Shown here piece after piece: positions 13,613 to 25,279 of a stretch of 64,000 bases of DNA. Location of the stretch: assembly GCF_001194135.2 (NCBI RefSeq), contig NC_068984.1, positions 18,796,340 through 18,860,339 of the forward strand, given 5' to 3'. Origin of the DNA: Octopus bimaculoides (taxonomy: Eukaryota). Below the pieces are notes generated by a model. The model had not been told where the DNA came from, searched no databases, and saw nothing but the letters and a program-made list of their open reading frames with translations. The translations under genes and the position numbers were made by a program. Within the stretch, counting starts at the first letter, position 1. Each line of letters begins with the position of its first letter.

Positions 13613-14747
13613 ACACTGTAAAGTGCTTGAGGTTAGGAAGGGAATCCAGCCTTATAAACCAAGCCAAAGCAGACATTGGAACATGATGCAGTCTTTGAGC
13701 CGATTGGAACCTGTCAAACTGTACAACCCATACCAGCATGGAATGTGGACATTAAGTGATGATGATGATATGGTTTGCTTTGCAGGAGATTTTGCTGTTA
13801 TTTCTAGCAGGTTGAACAACCACAGAAAGGCTGTCTTGCTAGCTCACACTTCCAAGGGTTATAGTTTTAGTGACAACAGAGAATCATGAGCAAAATAAAA
13901 GTAGTTAAACTGGAGATGTATAGAGTAAGGCAACATTTCATCAAAAACAACAAACAGAAAAAGATTTGTTCTTTTGCTGTAAAATGTAGAAAACAAAATC
14001 ATAAGCCCCTCCCCTCACTCCACCTCTACAAAACATTTCACTCCACAAACATGTGCTGTATTCGAGGAAAACTATTGTATTTCATCCACGAAGCATGAAA
14101 CTTAAATTATTGGGTCTGGGAATTTCCTGATAACAAGCACAAGTTCACACAAGTTCACATTTTACAAACAACATTCACCTATTTTTAATCATGCTGCAAC
14201 AACTGCATGTTAAGAAAATGCATGAAATTGAAGAAAAGCTATTTATTACAGGAGAGAAAGAAAAAAAAAAAAAAACAGGAAAAATATTTGCTAACAAAAG
14301 TTTTTAGTGTTTTACTTTTATTTTATATAGTTATTTACTGATTTATTTTAAAGAGTCTTAGTTGAATAAACTGACTCCAGCACTTATTATTTTTTTTTTT
14401 AAGCCTGATACTTCTATTGGTCTCTTTTGCTGAACTGCTAGGTTATACATATGTATATATTTATTCTTTTTCCACTTTTATTCTTTTACTTGTTTCAGTC
14501 ATTTTGACTGCGGCCATGCTGGAGCACCGTCCTTAGTTGAGCAAATCGACCCCAGGACTTATTCTTTGTAAGCCTAGTACTTATTCTATCGGTCTCTTTT
14601 GCTGAACCTCTAAGTTACGGGGACTCAAATGCACCTGCATCAGTTGGCAAGCAATGTTGGGGAGGACAAACACAGACACTCAAACAGGAGCCTTCTCTAC
14701 TCCTGGGGAATCTATTAAACTCATAGGTGGGACTCTGCATACCTATG

Positions 14748-14780
<33 letters not shown>

Positions 14781-14781
14781 G

Positions 14782-15735
14782 TGGAAAATGTCCAAGTACA
14801 ATAAGCACTAAAAATACGCAGACAACAGGCTCCCACAAATGCTCAGGTGGATCATTAGAAGTAGTAGATAGCTTCTGTTACCTAGGGACCAAGTTAGCAG
14901 TGGGGGAAGGCGTTTTGAAAGTGTAGTTGCTAGGATAAAAATGGGCTGAGCGAAGTTCAGAGAGCTTCAACTTTTGTTGGTAACTAAGAGCTCCCCACTC
15001 AGAGTGAAAGACAGATTGTATGATGTCTGTGTATGTACAGCTATGTTACATAGCAGTGGAATGTGGGCTTTGGCTACAGAGGACTTGCAAAGAACTGAAG
15101 CTAACATGCTCTGCTGGATCAGTAATGTCAGTGCGCATGCACAACAGAGTGTAAATGATTTAAAAGGAAAACTGTATAATAGGCATTAGATGTTGTGTAT
15201 AAGAGAGAAGACTGTGCTGGTTTGGTTATGGGGTGCATATGGATAAGGACAGCTGAGTAAAGAAGTGCCACGCTCTAATTGTGGAGGGTACTTGTGGAAG
15301 AGGTAGACCCAGGAAGATGTGGGATGAAGTGGTGAGAAACGATCTTCAGATGCTAGGCTTCATTGAGGAAATGACAAGGGACAAGGAGATGTGGTGATTT
15401 CCCGTACATGATAAGACACATCAAGCTAAGTAAAATCGCTGTCTTTAAACATACAGGCTTGTCCTTTCAGGTGCTGGTGCCACTTAAAAAGCACCCACGC
15501 TGGTGCTGTGTTAACACACCATGCCAGTGCTGCATAAACGCACCCATGACAATGACACATAAAAAGTACCCAGCACACTCAGTTAAGTGGTAGGCATTAG
15601 GAGGAATATCCAGCCATAAAAACTATGTCACAACATACAGTTGGAATCCAGACAGCTCCCTGCTAGTCAGCTCCTTGTCAAACCGTCCAACCCATGCCAG
15701 CATGGAGAGTGGACGTTAAATGACGATGATGAGGA
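14782..15735 (+). mobile_element. RTE-clade LINE 3' fragment with 3'UTR and (GAT)n tail
   Basis: SLEVVDSFCYLG, RVKDRLYD, GRGRPRKMWDEV, continuing into the ...aacccatgccagcatgg...ggacgttaaatgacgatgatg end. Confidence 0.85.
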
Positions 15736-16135
15736 TTATATATACATATATCATCATCATTTAATGCCTGTTGTCCATGCCGACATGGGTTGGATGGTTT
15801 GACCAGGGCTGGTAAGCTGGAAGGCTGCATCAGACTCCTGTCTGATTTGGCATGGTTTTTTTATGGCTGAGTACCCTTCCTAACACCAACCACTCTGCAA
15901 GTGTAATGAGTGCTTTTAGATGTCACCGGCACAGGTGCCATTTGCATCACACCAGTATCTGCCATGACTGTGATTTTGCTTGGCTTGATGGATTTTCTTC
16001 TCAAGCACAACATAATGCCAAAGGTTTTGATCATTGCCTCTGTGAGGCCCAATGCTTGAGAAAGGAACTTGGCCATTTTTCCTCCATGAAGCCCTGTGCT
16101 CAAAAGGAACTTGGCCACTTCACCTCCGTGAGGCC

Positions 16136-16171
<36 letters not shown>

Positions 16172-16411
16172 NNNNNNNNNNNNATACACTCTCGGAGTGG
16201 TTGGTGTTAGGAAGGGCATCCAGCTGTAGAAACTCTGCCAGATCAGATTGGAGGCTGATGCAGCCATCTGGCTCGCCAATCCTCAGTCAAATCATCCAAC
16301 CCATGCCAGCATGGAAAGCGGATGTTAAACGATGAAGCTGATTATTATGATGATTGCATAGGTCTGTTTTGCCAAACCACTAAGTTATGAGGACATAAAC
16401 GAACCAATACC

Positions 16412-16468
<57 letters not shown>

Positions 16469-18261
16469 ACATAAACACACACACAAACATACACACATAC
16501 AATGGGCTTCTTTTTGTTTCCATCTACTAATCTATTTTGTCTACTCACAAGGCTTTGATTGACCTGAAGCTGAAGTAGATGACACTTGCCCAAGGTGCCA
16601 TGCAGTAGGACTGAACCCAGAATCATGTGGTTAGTAAGTAAACTTCTTACCATATTGCTATGCCTAGATAACTTTTTTTTTTAATATTCTTTTATCTTAT
16701 GCACAAAGTATGCTAAAATATTGTTATTTACCTTAAACTGCAAGTAAAAAAACAGGCAGGGGAATCACTAGCTTACAGCTTTATAGCTAAAACATTTCAT
16801 TATTTTCCGATCATATCAGCTACTATGTGATCTCAGCTGTGTTTCAATAACATACAACATCTATATATTGATCATTCAAGGTTTTTCTTTCTGCGTGTAC
16901 GTCTATATCTGTCATGAATATAGTTTGTAGTGCTTTCAGTTTGATTATATAGATGATTGTGGGGAGACCTAGAACAGAACCTTGAAGTACAGCCAACTAA
17001 ATCAAACATTTAATTCTATTCTGGGTCATGCTTTTAGAGCTCTTACATGCATAACCTTATCTACTTTTGAAGATTTTATTTCTAGGTTACTGAATGTGGG
17101 TCAATGTCAAATGATTTTCAATTCATTAATCACCTGGCTGAATATATTCTTCTTTAGTTTACCAATCAGTTGATTGGATACATGGCAGATTGTCATCGTC
17201 AACTCAGCATATTGAATTGTTCTCAATAAGCTAGAATATATCTTTTTTTTTTTGTATTGTTTGCATCTTTCTGTTAAATGAATAAAACAAGTTGAATGTC
17301 TATTTAGACAGCAAGCTGTTTTAAGGTGAACAACCAATGTTACTACTAGGCAAGTAGTAGTAGCACATAAGACTATTTGTTGTATAGCACTTAATATAGT
17401 CTTTTAAAATAGATAGTAACTCTGCAAAGAAAGGGGTTTGGAAGTGCCACTACAAAAGAGGCTTGGAAGTGCCACTGTAGAGAACACATGAGAGAAAGAA
17501 AGTCTCCCAATTGAGGGACCAGCTATCCAAATCAACAGTAGCTTGGTAGATAAAGCAATTAAGTTCTACAATTAGGGGTGGAAGATAAGTACAGAGAATA
17601 AGGGGAGTAGCACATTGCAACTTAGCATATTTATAATGTTAAATCAAGATATAATTGAAGATACAGATGAAGGCTACAAGTACACTTAAAAATTTTAATA
17701 AGGGGATACTTGAAAATATAAGAGAAATATTAAGACTTTTCATAAATGTAGTGTATAGAATATCCTGGTAAAGTATTATATGATGGATGTATAAAGGAAA
17801 TATCTATAATACAAATAGATACTTATAGTATGAAATTAAACTGATATTAAACTCATACCTGTCAAATACGGGTGGGTAAAGATAGGATAGAGTAAGAAAT
17901 GAGAGCAAATGTCTAGGTTAAGTAAATTAGAGATATTAAATATATAAAGGAGTACATTCAGGTACAAGATTTAAGCGAATTTCCTATAATCACATAATGA
18001 GTATCATGTATAATTAAATTTTATGGTGAATTTTACAGAAAAAGTATAAATTGTCACACATTTCTAAGCTATAAAAACTATAAAAATATATAAAGGATAT
18101 ATAAAGGCATAAAATTATAAAAATAAAATATAAGAATCTATAAGATATAATGTGTAATTAAAAAATATATAATACTATGAACTATAAAAACCAAAAATAT
18201 ATATAAAAGGGTATATAAAGGCATAAAATATAAAAATATAAATTATAAACAAATTTTTAAT

Positions 18262-18747
18262 ACAGTTCTATATTTAAGAGATGAGGAATTATGTACATTA
18301 TTTACATTTGACAGATATTTGTCCTCATCTTATTTGTTGTTAACACTACGTTTCAGCTGATATACCCTCCAGCCTTCATCAGGTGTCTTGGGGAAATTTC
18401 GAACCTGGGTTCTCATTCCTAAGGTATTTTTCGATGTTATTATTATTATTATTACTATTCAGGGCACTGCCTGGAATCGAACTCGGAATCTTGGGGTTAG
18501 TAGCCCGCACTTTTAACCACTACACCATATGCTCACGGGCATATGGCGTAGTGGTTAAGATAATAATAATAATAATAGTAATAATATTAATAATAATAAC
18601 AATGATAATGATAATAACATCGAAAAATACCTTAGGAATGAGAACCCAGGTTCAAAATTTCCTCACGGCTGGAGGGTATATCAGCCAAAACGTAGTGTTA
18701 ACAACAAACAAGATGAGGACAAATATCCGTCAATTGTAAGTAATGTA
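18262..18747. mobile_element. Palindromic head-to-head dimer of a tRNA-headed, hammerhead-bearing non-autonomous element (Penelope-like tail)
   Basis: The left arm (minus strand) is a tRNA-like head at 18457-18533, then (AAT)n, then a body containing a hammerhead. The right arm (18538-18747) is an internally deleted inverted copy. The centre is a hairpin, catatgc-tcacgg-gcatatg. Confidence 0.8.
18342..18387 (-). ncRNA. Minimal type-I hammerhead ribozyme motif (Penelope-type)
   Basis: Minus strand reads GACAC-CUGAUGA-A-GGCUG(GAGGGUAUAU)CAGCU-GAAA-CG-UA-GUGUU. Core intact, stem I GACAC/GUGUU, 5-bp stem II, palindromic ACGU stem III, GUA cleavage triplet. Confidence 0.8.
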
Positions 18748-19169
18748 AAGCAATTAAGGATATGAAGATAGGGAAAACCCCTTAGGAATCACTACTGAGA
18801 TGTTTAAAATATCTGATGGATATATGTGAAAGCTAGCATTAAAATTTGTTTCAAGAAGAAACAAAAACAGATTGTTGAGCATATCAATGCGGTTATTATT
18901 GTAGGCTTCTGCTGAAGGACTTATTTTATCTTGGCAAGGTCATTACCCGGCAGCATGGCAACAGGTTATGACTAGTAGATACAACTTAAGGTTCTCTTTC
19001 AGTCATGTACCCAGTGTTAGAAAATACTAGTGAGCACCCCTAAACCAAGAGTAGAGAGAGGGTGTTCATGCAGGGTTTACAATGAGTGATTGGTAGGCAG
19101 TCAATGCTTAGTAGGGAGTCTGAAGGTGTAGCGTATGAAGTTGAGGTGGGGACTGGTATTGGTGACTAC

Positions 19170-19560
19170 ACCAGCAACATTGGCAGCAACAACACCAATA
19201 ACTCATCCACTAATGACAACAGCAGCAGCAATTACAATGGTGGTGGTAGGGCAATGGTGGCAGTTACATCAGCAGTGTAACATCAAGCAGGAATGGCAAC
19301 TATGACAACAATACCAACAGCTACAACAGCACCAGCAATGCATCTGGTAGTGATAGCTACAGCAATATTGTTGGCAGCATCTGCAAAAACCAAGTTTGTA
19401 TCCAGCAATAGTAGCAACAATTGCAGCAATGCCAACAGCTGCACCAGTAGCTGCAGCAACAGCAGCACCAGGAATGGACCTGGCAGTGACAGTAGCATTG
19501 GCAGTGACAACGACAGCAACAACAGCAACTGTAACTCCACTAGCACAAGAGCACAGACTT
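19170..19560. repeat. Degenerate (CAG/CAA) low-complexity tract
   Basis: Direct reading. Confidence 0.85.
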
Positions 19561-21939
19561 AGAAATATATCAGTTCTACAGGTGGCCTGCTCAAGCATCA
19601 ACTCAGCAACCACAGGTCCCCATTTAGGATACCAGAGAGGCACAACATCACATGCTAGCTACATATGGTGTTTAAAAGAGGAATGTACACTATATATAAT
19701 TAAATGGAGGCTTCTGAAACAATCGTGGCCATATCTCAATGTAAGCTTTGCCTTGCTGAAAGAGTAAGAATCCTGAAAAGTTCACTTGACCCAGGGAGCT
19801 TTTTAAACTCTAAAATAGAAATGTTTAGTCAGTGCCTTCATCAGAGGAAATTCATGTTGGAAACATGAAATTTCCCATCTATCAACTTTAGAAATGCTGC
19901 CAGGCTTGGACATATTCAGCAACCCCATCCTAGACATAACTGATACCAGTCTGAGGGGAGTAATGCCACCTCACTCAAGGCTTTGCCAGTACAATTTCAT
20001 TCTGGAATTTTTTTGTTTCCAAAATTAACTAACCATGATGTTTTCCTCCCTTTAATTGTAGAGAGGTTATGTGCTTCCAGCCATTTGAGTCTACCAAGTT
20101 GCCTATTCAGCTCAGCCCATTATAAGTGTGAAACCAATGGTCACTCTCTAACCAGCCAATAACAAACAACTTTCTTAATATATATATATANNNNNNNNNN
20201 NNNNNNNNNNNNNNNNNNNNNNNNNNNNNNNNNNNNNNNNNNNNNNNNNNNNNNNNNNNNNNNNNNNNNNNNNNNNNNNNNNNNNNNNNNNNNNNNNNNN
20301 NNNNNNNNNNNNNNNNNNNNNNNNNNNNNNNNNNNNNNNNNNNNNNNNNNNNNNNNNNNNNNNNNNNNNNNNNNNNNNNNNNNNNNNNNNNNNNNNNNNN
20401 NNNNNNNNNNNNNNNNNNNNNNNNNNNNNNNNNNNNNNNNNNNNNNNNNNNNNNNNNNNNNNNNNNNNNNNNNNNNNNNNNNNNNNNNNNNNNNNNNNNN
20501 NNNNNNNNNNNNNNNNNNNNNNNNNNNNNNNNNNNNNNNNNNNNNNNNNNNNNNNNNNNNNNNNNNNNNNNNNNNNNNNNNNNNNNNNNNNNNNNNNNNN
20601 NNNNNNNNNNNNNNNNNNNNNNNNNNNNNNNNNNNNNNNNNNNNNNNNNNNNNNNNNNNNNNNNNNNNNNNNNNNNNNNNNNNNNNNNNNNNNNNNNNNN
20701 NNNNNNNNNNNNNNNNNNNNNNNNNNNNNNNNNNNNNNNNNNNNNNNNNNNNNNNNNNNNNNNNNNNNNNNNNNNNNNNNNNNNNNNNNNNNNNNNNNNN
20801 NNNNNNNNNNNNNNNNNNNNNNNNNNNNNNNNNNNNNNNNNNNNNNNNNNNNNNNNNNNNNNNNNNNNNNNNNNNNNNNNNNNNNNNNNNNNNNNNNNNN
20901 NNNNNNNNNNNNNNNNNNNNNNNNNNNNNNNNNNNNNNNNNNNNNNNNNNAAAAAAAAAACTTGGGTTGACTCATTCAACAAAAATTCTTCAGGGTAGTG
21001 CCCCAGCATGGCCACAGCCTAATGACTGAAACAGGTAAAAGGAAAAAAACTCTGTGTGTCTGTGTGTGTGTGTGTGTCCACTGGTTTGATTCTGCTATGA
21101 TCAACATAGTTTTTGTAATGGAATATCAAATATTTTTTGTAATGTGCATATCAAATGTTATTTGATATGCACCTCATTTCCATTGTTAGCTCCCTTGCGT
21201 ATTCAGAAGCCATCATCTTCATTTATTTCACATTTACAGATTCAAACAAAGCCATGCTCAATGTATTCCATCAAAACCTTGGCTTTGTGAATAATGTCAA
21301 GGTCATGTCAAACTGACACACACACATATATAAATATGTCTATTATATCTTTTACTGTTTCACTCTTGGTCTTTGTCTGTCTGTCTGTCTCTCTCTCTCT
21401 GTCTCTCTCTCTCTCTCATACACTTACACATAGTCATTCATTTCCTCACTATACCTATGATAATTATGTATATATTTGCATATCATCAAATGCAAGCATG
21501 ACTAAATAGCTCAGTAAAAACTGATCACTAACAGTGTATAGTATTAGCATTGGCATCATCATCGTCGTCAGCAGCAGTAGCAACACTACTGGTAGTAGTA
21601 GTAGGAGGAGGAGGAAGAGGAGGAGAAGGATCAGCAGCAGCAGCAGCAGCAGCAGCAGTAGCAGTTGCAGTAGTAGTAGTAGTAGTAGATGATGTATGAA
21701 AGGCCCTCTGTTTAAAAGACAGCTGTAAGTGCAGTAAGTAAAATAAACAAAGCTGTGAAGTAACTAGGATATAATATTTTCATTGCTTGCTCTTCAATGC
21801 AGCCATTTAAAACTGTCTAGAAGGAAAAGAACAGCATGTTGACAAATAAATCATATTAATGTTTTTTTTCTCTTCTGTGCATGTGAATTTTTACATTTCT
21901 CACAGTTCCATCTAGTTACTGCTGCTTCTATTGTTGTGG

Positions 21940-21961
21940 ATTTTGTTGTTGTTGTTGTAGC

Positions 21962-21992
<31 letters not shown>

Positions 21993-22075
21993 CTTCTTCT
22001 TCTTCTTCTTCTTCTTCTTCTTCTTCTTCTTCTTCTTCTTCTTCTTCTTCTTCTTCTCGTTGTTGTTGTTGTTGC
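21940..22075. repeat. (TTG)n(TTC)n microsatellite
   Basis: Direct reading. Confidence 0.95.
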
Positions 22076-22439
22076 CTAGCACTAGGTCACATCTGACGGA
22101 AAATAAACTTATGGTCAATACTGGATTAAGTAAAAACGAAAAGGTAAAATTACCTTCCCAATTCATACAGACTCATAAGGGCTAGTTTCCCGGTTTCAGT
22201 GGCATATATATTCCCCACCTGGACGGGACGACTGCCCTTCACATTTTTGCCACCTTAGTGGACTGGAGCAATGTAAAATGAAGTGTTTTGCTCAAGAACA
22301 CAATGTGTTGTTTGGTCCAGGAATCGAAACCACAATCTTAGAATCATAAGTCCAGATCCTAACCATGAAGCCATATGCCTCCACTGCTGGATTAAGGCTT
22401 AAACACAGTCCAACAATAGTGTGTGTCTCTTGGACCTTT

Positions 22440-22965
22440 CCATTGTCTGTTGACTAGGCATCAAGACATTATAAGTGTGGGATGTTAATTAATAACATCC
22501 ACTCCTGGGCATTGTGGTCTTTGAGTTCAAGAACTGATATGGCCACACGAAACTCAGCTTGCGAAGACTTATTGGGGCAAGCGAATAGTGAAATCGGGAT
22601 AGCACCTGTGCCCAGCGTTGCCTTCCTGGTACTTGTGCTCGTGACATGTGTAAGGATTTTCGAGCGAGATCGTTGCCAGTGCCCCTGGACTGGCTCCTGT
22701 GCGGGTGGCACATAAAATACACCATTTTGAGCGTGGCCGTTGCTAGTACCGCCTGACTGGCCTTCGTGCGGGTGATATGTAAAAGCACCCACTACACTCT
22801 CTGAGTGGTTGGTGTTAGGAAGGGCATCCAACTGTAGAAGCTCTGCCAGATCAGATTGGAGGCTGGTGTTGCCATCCGGTTTCACCAGTCCTCAGTCGAA
22901 TCGTCTAACCCATGCTAGCATGGAAATCAGACGTTAAACGATGATAATGATGATGATGATGATAA
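22440..22965 (+). mobile_element. RTE 3'-UTR longer copy
   Basis: Same internal subrepeats and (GAT)n tail as 1719-2032; 5' boundary approximate. Confidence 0.8.
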
Positions 22966-22973
22966 GTGACCTA

Positions 22974-23188
22974 CGAGGGGCTGCTGAAAAGTTCCTGGCT
23001 TTAAAGGTGTCGTGAAAGGTCTGGCTGGAGGACCAAACTTCCAGGTTCTTTTCCAGGCCTTAGAAAACTGAAGGGTTGCTGCAATAAGCGTGTGAATCTG
23101 AGAAGGGAATATATTGAGTAAAATCATAATCAACTGATCCTCCTGTATTTTCTCTTACTCAAAGCCAGGAACTTTTCAGCACTCATCA
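22974..23188. mobile_element. mariner-derived MITE
   Basis: TA-flanked TIRs cgaggggctgctgaaaagttcctggcttt / aaagccaggaacttttcagcac; internal remnant resembling the mariner transposase C-terminus. Confidence 0.75.
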
Positions 23189-25279
23189 TAGACCACAACA
23201 TTCCCCCTCAATGGGATGCAAGTCCATCATAGGCTACTCATTTACAGCTGAGTAGGCAAGTGTTTTGTGCAAGAATACAATGTACTGCCTGTGGCTGTGT
23301 GGTAGGAAGTTTGCTTCCCAGCCACATGGTTCTGGGTTCAGTCACACTGTGTGACATCTTGGGCAATTGGTTAGTGCCTGTTATATTGAATGGAGTGATG
23401 ACAAAGAAAGCAGGTTATTCGGTGTTAGTGATTATGAGAAAAAGGAGGTGGGAGTGGATGTGATGGTGATGAGGGCAGTAGGGTGAGGGTTGGTCTGAGA
23501 ATATGGAATGTTGCAACCGGAGGATGTTGGGAGAGGTAATTGCAGACCGAAATGCTTCACACAAAAAAAATCATTATCATGTAAATAGAGACAGATACGC
23601 AGACACACAGACAAACAGACACACACACGTGCACACGCACATGTATGCAAATACTTACACTGATGGGGAAGTACATATGCTTGTGAAGAAGAGTTTACGA
23701 AGTAAAAGAAATCAATGAAAAAAGGTGTATGTGTGTGTTTGTGTTTGTGTGTGTATGTGTGTGAGTGAGATAAAATACAAAAAAATGAAAAAGAAAAGAA
23801 AAGAAAAGATAGAAGACGATTGAAACACCTGTGAGAGTGGGTTAATTGCAAAGACATACACAAATACACACAGGTATACATAAACATAAACAGAGAAATA
23901 CATATACACACACTCACCTATATATAAAGAAAACGTACAGGTGGATATCTATCTACCTATCTATCTATCTATCTCTCTATCTATGTTAATATATGTATGT
24001 ATGTATGTATGTATGTATATACACACACATACATTAACACTCATTCATACATACATACGTACATACATACATACATCGTGGCACTCAATCACTTATAATG
24101 GTGAAGGTTCCAGTTGATCCAATCAATGAAACAGCCTGCTTGAGAAATTAACGTGCAAGTGGCTGAGCACTCCACAGACATGTGTACCCTTAACGTAGTT
24201 CTTGGGGAGATTCAGCATAACAGAGTGTGACAAGGCTGGCCCTTTGAAATACAGGGACAACAGAAACAGGAAGAAAGAGTGAGAGAAAGTTGTGGTAAAA
24301 GAACACAGCAGGGTTTGCAACCACCCCCTGCCAGAGCCTCATGGAGCTTTAAGTGTTTTCGCTCAATAAACATGCACAACACCCAGTCTGGGAATTGAAA
24401 CCATAATCCTATAACTGCGAGTCTGCTGCCCTAACCACTGGGCCATTGCACCTCCATACATACATACAATCATACATATATACATACATACATACCTATA
24501 TGCACTCAAACAAGCACCTATTTCACTTATCTATACATAGAAAAGTAAGAAATAAAATCAAAAATTAAATATGTACATACGCATGCAAACACATCCACAA
24601 ATACATCTGCTATTACAATATGTACTCATGTGAATATATGTGCGCATATATAAAAATATAGAACATTCATACATATTTACACACATACATGCACATATAT
24701 GCTTTTATGCACACACACACATATAAACACATGAATATATAAGGTTGCTTCCCAACCACACGGTTCCAGGTTTAGTGCTACTGTATTGGTGCTAGGGAAA
24801 GTGTCTTCAACTATAGCTTTGAGCCAAACAAAGCCTTGCGAGTGGATTTGTGTCTGTGTTTGTCCCCCATCATTGACAACCGGTGCTGGTGTGTTTACAT
24901 CCCTGTAGCAGTTCAACAAAGAGACCAATACAACAAGTACTAAGCATAAAAATAAGCCCTGGGGTCGAATTGATTGACAAAAACACTGCCAAGGCAGTGC
25001 TCCAGCATGGCCGTAGTCAAATGACTGAAACAAGTAAAAAAAAAAGTACAAGACTGAAAGAACATATGTATATATTCTTATGTGTACACACATGGGTGGA
25101 TAAGTTTGTGAGATTGTGAAAGGAGGGTAACAGATGTTTATAGATAGGAATAGATGTGAACATAGTGAATAGTAAGCACAGGTGGTGACTAACTAATTGG
25201 TTTTCCACTTGTCTATATTGTGTCAAGTCACTCTTGGGTGCTACTGGTAACATGTAATCCAGTACAACCTGTTGCATGG

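Noticed and set aside
16760-17240. Possible decayed hammerhead (16770-16800) and a QGSVLG RT-like motif on the minus strand
   Set aside because: Core nucleotides are missing and the frame is riddled with stops; too degenerate to call.
19269-19767. Ala/Thr- or Ser/Asn-rich ORFs resembling antifreeze or mucin peptides
   Set aside because: Degenerate CAG/CAA tract open in several frames on both strands; no splice context.
21143-21301. Perfect 13-bp hairpin followed by an open AG/GT-bounded segment (SLAYSEAII...)
   Set aside because: Isolated; no homology recognised and no Helitron CTRR end; could be chance.
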